Shown: positions 40,749 to 49,691 of the stretch, in pieces
How the letters are laid out: every line of letters starts with the position of its first letter
Position numbering within the stretch: position 1 is the first letter of the stretch
NCBI GenBank assembly: GCA_019749935.1
Contig: JAIEPD010000002.1
Span: 10,892 to 74,891, forward strand
Origin: Alphaproteobacteria bacterium
GTDB lineage: Bacteria; Pseudomonadota; Alphaproteobacteria; Paracaedibacterales; CAIULA01
Direction: 5' to 3'
DNA length: 64,000 bases
Notes under the pieces: model-generated
What the model was told of the DNA's origin: nothing
Seen by the model: the letters and a program-made list of their open reading frames with translations, nothing else
Database searches by the model: none
Translations under genes and position numbers: made by a program

Positions 40749-40875
40749 TATACCCAGCGCCTTTCAAAATACCTGTTCGTCAAACTTCGGAACCTTCGGT
40801 GCGCATCTATTACTCATACACTTTCGCTCCTCGGTCCTTGTTTTCCTGCAGGCCTTTTGAAATTCTTTGGGTATA
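40749..40875 (+). repeat. family A MITE-like repeat, full copy (A2)
   Basis: TATACCCAGCGCCTTTCAAAATACCTGTTCGTCAAAC ... CTGCAGGCCTTTTGAAATTCTTTGGGTATA. About 80 percent identical to 49692-49819 by my manual alignment (roughly 104 of 127 positions). Confidence 0.8.
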
Positions 40876-41461
40876 TGTGAATAAATTGGCTGCTGCCCTT
40901 GACATTTAGAAAATAAAATCTATTTCATGAGATAGGATAGGAAGTGCTGTCCATAGACGTTTATTTCTGATGAAGGGTTTGACAGGTTTTTTAAGTGGGA
41001 AAATGCCTGGACGGGAGAGATATGCCATTTTGCCATTATTGGTTAGAGGGTATTCCCCCCGCCCTTTTTGGTGGGTGAGAAATTTGGGTGGGGATTCCGC
41101 ATTAATGTTAAATTTAATAAAAATTTAACAAAAAAATGAGAGCCCAAATAAAATTATCTTCCAAAAAGTCCATATTTACAAACTACATCACTCAGTATTA
41201 GTGTTTATAACGCGAATTCCGGATTAAAAACAGATAAGCTGCTAGAGATGCTATAGTCGCGCTTCGCTTGTCATAGGAAAACTGATATATCTTACTAAAA
41301 TATAATTTTCCTGAGGGCTGATCACAAGGTCCTTGGTTGCATCATAACTTTAGATTAGTCTTTGAAGAGGGTTTATCTAATTTTTAGGCCCTGATTCGCG
41401 TTGATAGCTATCCTTTTATAGTATTACTAAATTTCACGGGGTTGTCCCAGATAGCATTATT

Positions 41462-42793
41462 TCATCTTAATACGTTCAGATACGCACAAAAATAATCAAG
41501 GAAAGCAAATCCGCTTTCTATGCCAGACACTGAATGAGTAGGTGGACTCTTTAGGAGAAAGGCATGATGAGCATCTGTTTGTTCTTGATCGCGAATTGCC
41601 TTGAAAACAATAGCTATAAAATCATGTTTACCAATTATAAGACTTTTAGCACCCGCAAGTCGTCTTATGTAGGCTGGATAAGTACACTTGTTACAGATTT
41701 TTGCTAATAATTCAGTTGATAATCCTAATTCTTTGTATGCATCCATATCAGGATTATTAAAAGTCATAAAAATACTAATGTTATTATAAGGATCCTTCCA
41801 ACGCGCATTTGGTGCCACTGCACTGTTGCCGTGAATATCAACAGGATCCTTCCAACGCGCATTTGGTGCCACTGCACTGTTGCCGTGAATATCAACAGGA
41901 TCTTTCCAATGCGCATTTAGTGCTGCAGCAGTGTTGCCGTGAATATCAATAGGATCTTTCCAATGCGCATTTAGTGCTGCAGCAGTGTTGCCGTAAAGAT
42001 CAGTTTGATCGATGTCTATGCCTTGAGATTGAAGTATTTCTAATTTTCTATCGATATTATTTCGCATAGCTAACATCATTAAAAGTGTATAGTTTTCATT
42101 GCCAAGCCGGGTTGTCAATAGGGTCACAAGCCGGGGATTTAAATTGTTTTCTACATCAAAAAATCTATCGATTGCGAAGTAGGCCTCGTAGGTTGTTGTT
42201 GCAAGGAGAGCTTTGGCTCTGCTCTCTCCAACCATACCTACAAGTTGATCAAAAAGAGGGTTTTTTTCATTACAATCTACGCCATGAAGGTTAGAGATAA
42301 ATCTATCGATAGAATAATCGGGGGAGCAGGTTTTGTAGTTTTTTTCTGCAAGAAGATAGTTGTCTACAGTATCTCCAACTATCTTTCTAACTATATCTAT
42401 AAGCTGATCAAAAAGAAGGTTTTTTTCATTGCTATGTTGCGTTGTCAAGGTTGCAAAACGTGCATCTAAATTGCCATTTTCATCAAGACATACCTGGGTA
42501 AGTTTATCTTTCAATTTATCGATTGCTACGCAGGCTTTGTAGTTTTTTTCTGCAAGGAGATCGCAGGCTAAATCATCTCCAATTATATCTACAAGTTGAT
42601 CAAATTGATTTTTGTTAATGATATGGAATGCGTTTTGGTTTGTTGCGTCACGCCAAGTTGAAAGATAAGTTTTTTCATCCATATCAAAAGGTTTGGATTG
42701 TAAAATGTTATCTAAATCCATTGCCACAGTAGTAAAAGGAAATACCGTTAAAACAAAAAATAAAGTAAACAGTCTTAAAATAAGCATACCCAT
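41462..42793 (-). CDS. hypothetical secreted repeat protein
   Basis: ORF of 448 aa from GTG 42808; I prefer ATG 42793. Signal-peptide-like MGMLILRLFTLFFVLTVFPFTTVA. Three ~35-aa degenerate repeats (..FDQLxDxxG..LLAEKNYK.C) and four 18-aa tandem repeats. Confidence 0.6.
   Translation of the reverse strand: MGMLILRLFTLFFVLTVFPFTTVAMDLDNILQSKPFDMDEKTYLSTWRDATNQNAFHIINKNQFDQLVDIIGDDLACDLLAEKNYKACVAIDKLKDKLTQVCLDENGNLDARFATLTTQHSNEKNLLFDQLIDIVRKIVGDTVDNYLLAEKNYKTCSPDYSIDRFISNLHGVDCNEKNPLFDQLVGMVGESRAKALLATTTYEAYFAIDRFFDVENNLNPRLVTLLTTRLGNENYTLLMMLAMRNNIDRKLEILQSQGIDIDQTDLYGNTAAALNAHWKDPIDIHGNTAAALNAHWKDPVDIHGNSAVAPNARWKDPVDIHGNSAVAPNARWKDPYNNISIFMTFNNPDMDAYKELGLSTELLAKICNKCTYPAYIRRLAGAKSLIIGKHDFIAIVFKAIRDQEQTDAHHAFLLKSPPTHSVSGIESGFAFLDYFCAYLNVLR
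41791..42006 (-). repeat. 4 x 54-bp in-frame tandem repeat inside the secreted repeat protein
   Basis: Units 1 and 2 are identical to each other. Units 3 and 4 are identical until the last ~12 nt of unit 4. They encode DIHGNSAVAPNARWKDPV x2 and DIHGNTAAALNAHWKDP(I/V) x2. Confidence 0.9.
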
Positions 42794-43067
42794 TAATTCT
42801 TGAACCACAAGAAATTAAACAATAAGAAACATTACAGTAAATTCTATTATAAAGGGGGGAAATTATTCTCATTCAGAATTTAATTAAATAGGGCCATTAG
42901 TGCGTTATGCAACTAAATTCAGAATGATCAGCAAGATTGAATATTCTTAATTATTTAGCATATCCAATGCTTTCGAACCTTTAGATAAGTTAGCTTTGAT
43001 TTTATTGAAGCTAGCTTCTGAAGTCATGTTGATAGGCTTTATATTAGAAAATTTGTCATCACCTACA

Positions 43068-44420
43068 TCAAATCGGTTGAGGTTTGATTTTAACCTCGCC
43101 ATCAGCAAAATTTAAACTCACAACCTTTCCCATATGCTTTGAAAAATCACTTACAGAGGTGAGAACAGTATTACCATCACTGATCCAACAAAATCCTCTT
43201 TCCAGAACCCGCTGATAGGAACCTTGTTCTAAACACATCGATATCATCCTAAGGTTCTGCTCATATCTGTCAAAATAATGGGTGGATGCTTTTATAAAAT
43301 TTTGATTATGCTGTTTCAATTCAGTGGCAGCTATATCGAGAGTCTGCTTTGGATGACGAAGACGCAAAGCTATATTGACCAAAATATTATATTTATTTTT
43401 AAGCAAACTCAACTGGGCTAAATGAAAGCGTTCAACCCAATCATCAAGTCGTATCGTTGCTGTTTCAAGTAAAACTTTTGGATCAGGTAGGCCGCGACCA
43501 AGGCCTCTTACATGTACGAATTGATTCTCAAGGTGGCGATTCATCAAAGATTTTGATCGCTCTGAATACAGTTCTAATGTATATAAGATTTGCGATAAAA
43601 CAGGCGTTGCCAGTTCTGCTGCTGCTGTTGGTGTCGGCGCCCTTAGATCCGATGCATAATCAATCAGTGTTGTATCTGTTTCGTGACCTATTGCCGAAAT
43701 GATTGGAATTTGACTGTTTGCAGTCGCTCTTATTACATTTTCCTCATTAAATGTCCACAAATCCTCAAGGCTTCCTCCACCTCTTGCTACGATTAAAAGG
43801 TCTGGTAGTTGGTGAGGCGGCAGTCTATTAAACCCATCAATTGCATTTGTGACTTGATCGGCAGCACCAGGCCCTTGAACCAAAACAGGCCAGACAATAA
43901 CCTCACAGGGATAACGATCATTTAAACGATGGAGAATGTCTTGGATTACAGCTCCTGTTGCTGATGTAATAATGCCGATTCGATTGGGAAAAGAGGGTAG
44001 GGGACGCTTGCGTTCAAACAGCCCTTCGGCTTCTAACTTTGCTTTTCGCTCCATCAGTAATTTTAAAAGCGCGCCTTGGCCAGCCGCTTTGGCAGATTCG
44101 ATCACGATTTGATATTTAGAACGTCCTGGATATGTTGTAAGCCTTCCTTGAACGATGACCTCAAGCCCTTCTTCAAGGGTGATGCCAAGAGCAGTCCCTC
44201 GCCAACAAATCCCATCCAAAACAGCATCTTTATCCTTAAGGGCAAAATAGGAATGTCCAGATGTGTGGCGTTTCAAGCCTGAAATTTCCCCTTGGACGCG
44301 GATTTTATTGAAATTACCTTCTACAAACCTTTTTAAAGTCTGAGAAATCTCGCTAACGGAAAGAATGGGAATTTCTTCCAAAGAAACAGCAGGTTTAGAA
44401 AAAGGGGCAGTTTCCATCAA
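43068..44420 (-). CDS. xseA: exodeoxyribonuclease VII large subunit
   Basis: 450 aa. N-terminal OB-fold block (LSVSEISQTLKRFVEGNF..IRVQGEISGLKRHTSGHSYFALKD) and catalytic region (ARGGGSLEDLW, ISAIGHETD). Confidence 0.9.
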   Translation of the reverse strand: MMETAPFSKPAVSLEEIPILSVSEISQTLKRFVEGNFNKIRVQGEISGLKRHTSGHSYFALKDKDAVLDGICWRGTALGITLEEGLEVIVQGRLTTYPGRSKYQIVIESAKAAGQGALLKLLMERKAKLEAEGLFERKRPLPSFPNRIGIITSATGAVIQDILHRLNDRYPCEVIVWPVLVQGPGAADQVTNAIDGFNRLPPHQLPDLLIVARGGGSLEDLWTFNEENVIRATANSQIPIISAIGHETDTTLIDYASDLRAPTPTAAAELATPVLSQILYTLELYSERSKSLMNRHLENQFVHVRGLGRGLPDPKVLLETATIRLDDWVERFHLAQLSLLKNKYNILVNIALRLRHPKQTLDIAATELKQHNQNFIKASTHYFDRYEQNLRMISMCLEQGSYQRVLERGFCWISDGNTVLTSVSDFSKHMGKVVSLNFADGEVKIKPQPI

Positions 44421-44485
44421 AATATCTTTTATGTTTGAGTTGTTACTGTACTTTTAACCCAAAATTAGGGCATTATAAAGTCGCA

Positions 44486-45700
44486 ATGATTGACTATAAA
44501 GCCTTATTAAAAGAAAAACTACAGCCCTTAAAAGCTGAACATCGGTATCGCGTCTTTACAAACCTAGAGCGCTTAGTGGGTGAGGCGCCTTATGCCTTGT
44601 GGCATAAAGGGAAAAATTCTAAAAAAGTCATTGTTTGGTGTAGCAACGACTATTTGGGAATGAGTCATAATCCAGAAGTGATTGAGGCTTTTTCAAAAGC
44701 AGCGCAAAAATATGGCACAGGGTCAGGCGGAACGCGCAATATTTCAGGCACTAACTATAACCATGTGACCTTAGAACAAACAGTGGCTGACCTTCATAAA
44801 AAAGATGCAGGCTTAGTGTTTGTCTCAGGCTATGCTGCTAACGAGGCTTCGTTGTGTGCTCTAGGCGAAGGGCTTGAGAATTGCGTTATCCTCAGTGATG
44901 AAAAAATTCACGCCTCCATGATTCAAGGCATCCGTCATAGCCGTGCAGAAAGGCACGTTTTCCGTCACAATGATCTTGCGGACCTACAAACCAAATTAGC
45001 TAGCTTTGATAGTAATCGTCCCAAAATTATCGCCTTTGTTTCTGTGTATTCAATGGACGGCGATATTGCGCCCATTAAAGAAATTTGTGATTTAGCGAAG
45101 CAATATAATGCTTTTACTTATCTAGACGAAGTCCATGCTGTTGGAATTTATGGTGATAAGGGTGAGGGGGTTTCTGGATCTCTTGGCCTTAGTCATCAAA
45201 TCGATATGATCCAAGGTAACTTTGCCAAAGCTTATGGCGTTGTTGGTGGTTACATTACAAGCCAAGAAGATGTTGTCGATTATGTACGAAGTTACGCTTC
45301 TGGTTTTATCTTTACAACGTCTCTACCACCAGCGGTTGCTGCAGCGGCTCAGAAATCCATTGAGATTTTGAAAAGTGATTCATCCTATCGGGAAAAACTT
45401 TGGGAAAATGTTGTTCTTTTAAAAGACAAACTCAGCAAAAGTTCGGTGCGTTTTGTTAATTCAAAAAGCCATATTATCCCAATTTTAGTTGGAGATGCCT
45501 ATTTGTGCCGTTTATTAGCCCAAAATCTGTTGGAAAATTATGGGATTTACGTACAGCCAATTAACTATCCAACAGTACCAAAAGGCCAAGAGCGCCTTCG
45601 AATAACTGTAACGCCAGCGCACACACCTCAGATGATAAACGAACTGGTTTCAGCGCTTGAGGCTGAATGGAATGCGTTATCCTTAAAAAAAGCGGCCTGA
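44486..45700 (+). CDS. hemA: 5-aminolevulinate synthase
   Basis: Alpha-oxoamine synthase family. HRYRVF..LER, VIVWCSNDYLGMSHNP and the PLP-Lys region (GNFAKAYGVVGGY) match ALAS better than BioF or Kbl. Start placed at the ATG (MIDYKALL) rather than the tracked TTG at 44435. Confidence 0.8.
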   Translation: MIDYKALLKEKLQPLKAEHRYRVFTNLERLVGEAPYALWHKGKNSKKVIVWCSNDYLGMSHNPEVIEAFSKAAQKYGTGSGGTRNISGTNYNHVTLEQTVADLHKKDAGLVFVSGYAANEASLCALGEGLENCVILSDEKIHASMIQGIRHSRAERHVFRHNDLADLQTKLASFDSNRPKIIAFVSVYSMDGDIAPIKEICDLAKQYNAFTYLDEVHAVGIYGDKGEGVSGSLGLSHQIDMIQGNFAKAYGVVGGYITSQEDVVDYVRSYASGFIFTTSLPPAVAAAAQKSIEILKSDSSYREKLWENVVLLKDKLSKSSVRFVNSKSHIIPILVGDAYLCRLLAQNLLENYGIYVQPINYPTVPKGQERLRITVTPAHTPQMINELVSALEAEWNALSLKKAA

Positions 45701-45704
45701 GAGT

Positions 45705-46510
45705 ATGAGTGATCGCTTAAAAAATAAAATTGCGTTAATAACGGGTGCAGCTCGTGGGATTGGAAAAGCTTGCGCACTGCTGTTTGCAAAAGAGGGTGCT
45801 GTTGTTATTTTAACGGATTTAGAAGATGATCTAGGGCAAAAAGTAGAAACTGAAATTGGCAGTTCTGCCTTTTATAAGCATCTAGATGTTAGTCAAGAAG
45901 CAGATTGGCAGAACATTACATGCTGGATTCAAGAGCAATTTGGAAGGCTTGATGTTTTAGTCAATAACGCTGGTATCAACGGGGTTAATCAAGGTTTAGG
46001 CCCTCAAGACCCTGAAAACTGTTCGCTTAAAGATTGGAAAACCATTCATCAAATTAATCTTGATAGTGTGTTTTTGGGATGTAAGTACGCAATTGGTTTA
46101 ATGAAGCAAAAACGAAGTGGCTCTATTGTTAATATCTCCTCTCGTTCTGGCATTGTTGGGGTGCCGCAAATGGCGCCTTATGCTTCTAGTAAAGCTGCAA
46201 TTCGAAATCACACCAAGACAGTTGCTTTATATTGTGCAGAAAATAAATATAACATTCGCTGTAATTCTATCCACCCTGCGGCCATTCAGACATCAATGTG
46301 GGATAAAATGCTTCCTAAGGATAAAAGCCCAGAAGCTGCTTGGCTACAACTTGCCGAAGGGATTCCTTTAAAAAGGATGGGAACTTCTGAAGAAGTTGCT
46401 TATGCAGCCTTTATTTAGCATCCGATGAGTCATCGTATACAACGGGTTCAGAAATGATCTTAGATGGTGGAATTTTAGCTGGGTCTTCTGCCTCTCCTGG
46501 GAAAAAATAA
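45705..46510 (+). pseudogene. SDR-family oxidoreductase interrupted by a 1-nt frameshift near the 3' end
   Basis: TGAARGIG Rossmann motif and YASSK catalytic motif. The ORF stops at 46416-46418 (..EEVAYAAFI*). The conserved SDR C-terminus LASDESSYTTGSEMILDGG continues in the +1 frame from 46415 to a TAA at 46508-46510. Confidence 0.7.
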
Positions 46511-46513
46511 AAC

Positions 46514-47323
46514 TCACTCAACGCTTGCGATGATTTTTTGCAAACCATCGTGCAAAAATTCGTTTGCGGCTAAAATGCTACCTGTTGCTAGCATATTTTT
46601 CCCGCCATTGGCTTCTGTTACATAACCGCCAGCTTCTTTCACAAGCAAAATCCCGGCTGCCATATCCCATGGTTTAAGATGATCTTCAAAAAAAGCATCA
46701 AATCTGCCTGAGGCAACATAGGCTAAATCAAGAGCAGCTGCCCCAAATCTTCTTGTTCCGGCTGTGATCGGCATAATCTTTTCAAGTCGTTTTTGGAAAA
46801 GAGAAGGGTCTCCATGCGTTCCGAAAGGTGTTCCAACCGCAATAACCGCTTCTTCTAAAAGCCTTCGACCAGAAACACGTAGGCGGCGTTGATTTAAAAA
46901 TGCCCCTTTGCCTTTTTCAGCCCAATACATTTCATCTTGAATCGGGGCATAAGTCACACTGGCAATAATTTCATCACCTTTTTTAAGGCCAATCACAATT
47001 GCAAAATGAGGAATGCCGTGTAAAAAGTTTAATGTTCCATCTAAAGGGTCGATAATCCAGCAATACTCTGGATCTGTTCCTGGAATTTCACCTGTTTCTT
47101 CAGTTAAAAAAGAATATCCTGGACGCGCTTTTGAAAGCTCTTGAATAAGAATGCTCTCGGAACGCTTATCGGCAGTTGACACAAAATCACCCAGGCCCTT
47201 TTTTGACACCTGCAAATGCTCTAATTCTCCAAAATCACGGAGCATGCCACGTGCCGCTTTTTCAGCAGCCGCAGTCATAACATTCAAAATTGGTGAGAGA
47301 GTTGTGATGCGCCCAGTTGACAT
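46514..47323 (-). CDS. suhB: inositol monophosphatase family protein
   Basis: 269 aa. Motifs FLTEETG, WIIDPLDGTLNF, and a WDxAAG-type motif (PWDMAAG). Confidence 0.85.
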   Translation of the reverse strand: MSTGRITTLSPILNVMTAAAEKAARGMLRDFGELEHLQVSKKGLGDFVSTADKRSESILIQELSKARPGYSFLTEETGEIPGTDPEYCWIIDPLDGTLNFLHGIPHFAIVIGLKKGDEIIASVTYAPIQDEMYWAEKGKGAFLNQRRLRVSGRRLLEEAVIAVGTPFGTHGDPSLFQKRLEKIMPITAGTRRFGAAALDLAYVASGRFDAFFEDHLKPWDMAAGILLVKEAGGYVTEANGGKNMLATGSILAANEFLHDGLQKIIASVE

Positions 47324-47350
47324 GAAATATTCCTTGATTTTGAAAAAGGG

Positions 47351-47917
47351 TTAGTCTTTTGCGCGCTCAACATACGTTGCGTCTTCTGTATTAACGACGA
47401 TACGCATTCCGGAATCAATATGAGGGGGAACCATCACTCTAAGACCATTTTCCAAAATGGCTGGCTTATAAGAAGAAGAAGCGGTTTGTCCCTTAACAAC
47501 GGGTTCAGCTTCTTGAATGGTTAACACAACTGTGTCTGGCAGTTTAACACTTAAAGGCTTTCCTTCGTGGGAGGAAACATCAACAATCATTCCGTCTTGC
47601 AAGAAAGCAGCTGCATCCCCTACAAAATCTTTGGATAAAGTAATTTGTTCAAACGTCGCTTGATCCATAAAGACTAAATCATTACCTTCTGCGTAAAGGT
47701 ATTGGTACGGAAATTCATCCAAATAAATACGCTCAACTTGTTCAGATGAGCGGAATCTTTCATTCATCTTACCGCCATCAACCAGGTTTTTTAGCTCAAC
47801 CTGCATGTAAGCTCCACCTTTACCAGGTTGAACATGCTGTGTTTTAACGGCAACCCAAAGCTTGCCTTGATGCTCAATTAGATTTCCAATTCGAATAGAA
47901 TTCCCATTAATTTTCAC
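47351..47917 (-). CDS. efp: elongation factor P
   Basis: 188 aa. N-terminal KOW-like block ([35 protein letters not shown]). Confidence 0.9.
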   Translation of the reverse strand: MKINGNSIRIGNLIEHQGKLWVAVKTQHVQPGKGGAYMQVELKNLVDGGKMNERFRSSEQVERIYLDEFPYQYLYAEGNDLVFMDQATFEQITLSKDFVGDAAAFLQDGMIVDVSSHEGKPLSVKLPDTVVLTIQEAEPVVKGQTASSSYKPAILENGLRVMVPPHIDSGMRIVVNTEDATYVERAKD

Positions 47918-47955
47918 AGTTATTTTCCTGGATGATTTAAAAGATTACGTGATTG

Positions 47956-48032
47956 TGGTAGCGGAGAAGGGACTCGAACCCCCGACACGCGGATTATGAT
48001 TCCGCTGCTCTAACCAACTGAGCTACTCCGCC
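47956..48032 (-). tRNA. tRNA with CAT anticodon, elongator-type (tRNA-Met; tRNA-Ile2 lysidine type not excluded)
   Basis: The reverse complement GGCGGAGTAGCTCAGTTGGTTAGAGCAGCGGAATCATAATCCGCGTGTCGGGGGTTCGAGTCCCTTCTCCGCTACCA folds as a cloverleaf. It has a 7-bp acceptor with G1-U72, D arm GCTC/GAGC, anticodon loop ATCATAA, T loop TTCGAGT and an encoded CCA. Confidence 0.85.
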
Positions 48033-48104
48033 ACAGTATGACTCATTTCATAAAGGTGACTATAACTTTTAAGCATGCCTTTTGTCAAATATGAAGATTG
48101 CTTA

Positions 48105-48551
48105 TTAAAAGTTTTTAGCGTGCCTGGTTCTTGTAATCTTAACTCCAACCGCCTTAGCCGCATCTAAAGCATTTACTTTCATTGCGCTAATTTTAACTTT
48201 TTGTACACGGACGTCTTCCAAGCAATGATTGGCAATTGTTTCGGCCAAATTCTCTATAAAATAGATATGTTCTTTATTCGCAATGGCCTCAATGTCTTTT
48301 GCTAAGGTTGCATAGCACAGAATTTGTGAAGTATCAGTATTGGACTGAGGTAAAGCTGCCAAGTAATTGCATTCTAAATTGATCAGTACATCTTGAGGAT
48401 TATTCATCTCATGAGGATAAACACCTATTTTGCATTGGATCAAAAGGTCTTCTATGACAATCGACCATGTGTGTTTGACCTGATTTGAAGGGGCCGGCTC
48501 ATCATATTCGAAATCAACAGAGAAATGAGGTTCTTTTCGCGTGCTGAGCAT
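48105..48551 (-). CDS. folB: dihydroneopterin aldolase-like protein (FolB family)
   Basis: FolB-like core (IVIEDLLIQCKIGVYPHEMNNPQDVLINLE...). Start placed at MLSTRK (48551). The tracked ORF extends to 48620 and would overlap the upstream SDR. Confidence 0.6.
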   Translation of the reverse strand: MLSTRKEPHFSVDFEYDEPAPSNQVKHTWSIVIEDLLIQCKIGVYPHEMNNPQDVLINLECNYLAALPQSNTDTSQILCYATLAKDIEAIANKEHIYFIENLAETIANHCLEDVRVQKVKISAMKVNALDAAKAVGVKITRTRHAKNF

Positions 48552-48580
48552 TTGGATACCTAAAAGATGATCTTTATATT

Positions 48581-49345
48581 TTAATCGTATACCGAAACAG
48601 ATTGATTTGGAAAGGCCCACCCCATGTGCTGCCCATTATCAAGGGCAAGCATCTGTCCTGTCAGTGAAGGGGCATTCAAAATAAACTGAATAGCCTCAGC
48701 TATTTCTTTTAATTCAGGCGCTCTTTGAAGTGGGGTACTTTCGCACTGCTTTTTAAAATGATCTTCGCTTTGATTATAATTGATCAGTGTTGGGCCAGGG
48801 CCAATTGCATTCACGCGAATTTTAGGAGCCAAAGCTAAAGCTAAGATCTGCGTTAAGGTCCAAAGTCCCGCTTTACTAAGGGTGTAACTTATAAAGTGAG
48901 GGGTTAAGTTCCACACGCGTTGATCTAAAATATTGATAATATTGCCAAAAGTATTTTCAGGAAGTTGCTCTACAAACTGTTGAGACAAAACAAAAGGGGC
49001 TCGTAAATTAGCCTCCATATGCAAATCCCAACTTTTTCTATCTGCTGTTTGGACTGAATCATATTCAAAGCTTGAGGCATTATTAATTAAACAGTCAAGA
49101 ACGCCAAACTCTTGATTAACCTTATCTATAAGAGTTGAGTAAGAGGATTCATCTCTTAAATCAGCCTGGAAAGCGGCACTTTTAACTTCAAATTTGGAAA
49201 GTTCCTTTAAAAGCTCTAAGGCTTCATTTTTTGAGGCATTATAATGAATCGCCACATTCCAATCTTGCGAGGCAAAATGTGTCGCAATTGATTTTCCAAT
49301 GCGTTTTGCAGAGCCTGTGATTAGAAGTGTTCGTTGTTTGGTCAT
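48581..49345 (-). CDS. SDR-family pteridine reductase / dihydromonapterin reductase-like (FolM-like)
   Basis: 254 aa. TGSAKRIG, the TGxxxRIG variant seen in pteridine reductases, a YxxxK motif (YTLSK), and a position directly upstream of the folB-like gene. Confidence 0.6.
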   Translation of the reverse strand: MTKQRTLLITGSAKRIGKSIATHFASQDWNVAIHYNASKNEALELLKELSKFEVKSAAFQADLRDESSYSTLIDKVNQEFGVLDCLINNASSFEYDSVQTADRKSWDLHMEANLRAPFVLSQQFVEQLPENTFGNIINILDQRVWNLTPHFISYTLSKAGLWTLTQILALALAPKIRVNAIGPGPTLINYNQSEDHFKKQCESTPLQRAPELKEIAEAIQFILNAPSLTGQMLALDNGQHMGWAFPNQSVSVYD

Positions 49346-49407
49346 ATAAAAAAAGGCCCACTTTTATTAAAACAGGCCTTCTCCATAACTCGTTGAGTCT
49401 GTGGATT

Positions 49408-49611
49408 TTAGTAGCCTTCGCGCTCTAAGCGTTTACGCATTAGTTTGCGATAGCGACGTACTGCCTCTGATTGCTCGCGGGCACGTTTCTCGGACGGTTT
49501 CTCAAAATGACGACGCAGCTTCATTTCGCGATACACTCCTTCGCGTTGCATTTTTTTCTTCAAAACACGCAATGCTTGATCAACGTTATTGTCTCTTACG
49601 GTAACTTCCAC
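49408..49611 (-). CDS. rpsU: 30S ribosomal protein S21
   Basis: 67 aa. [26 protein letters not shown]... is canonical S21. Confidence 0.95.
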   Translation of the reverse strand: MEVTVRDNNVDQALRVLKKKMQREGVYREMKLRRHFEKPSEKRAREQSEAVRRYRKLMRKRLEREGY

Positions 49612-49691
49612 GGATTAACTCAACTCCTTTCTAAAAAATGTTAACTAACTACACATATTAAAATACAGGAAAAATTAAAAAAATCAAGGCT

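Noticed and set aside
40449-40909. ORFs 40449-40664 (+), 40537-40767 (-) and 40718-40909 (+)
   Set aside because: They span the nested family A repeats and their junctions. They have no start context or conservation between copies, and their composition is typical of non-coding sequence.
41791-42006. Tandem direct repeats as a possible CRISPR array (also 21379-21441)
   Set aside because: The units are contiguous with no spacers, in frame inside long ORFs, and no cas genes are present. They are coding tandem repeats.
42940-43030. 26-codon ORF (minus strand, MTSEASFNKIKANLSKGSKALDMLNN) downstream of xseA
   Set aside because: It is too short, has no recognisable family (not XseB-like) and no clear ribosome-binding site.
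44435-44485. TTG-initiated extension of the ALAS gene (MSCYCTFNPKLGHYKVA)
   Set aside because: ALAS homologues begin near the MIDYKALL-type sequence, and the ATG at 44486 is the simpler start. The upstream 17 codons look like translated spacer.
49346-49380. Hairpin AAGGCC...GGCCTT plus a T-run downstream of rpsU as an intrinsic terminator
   Set aside because: The structure is plausible, but the T-run abuts the start codon of the next gene (49345), the loop is long and the stem has mismatches. I could not decide between a terminator and coincidence, so it is not listed as a feature.
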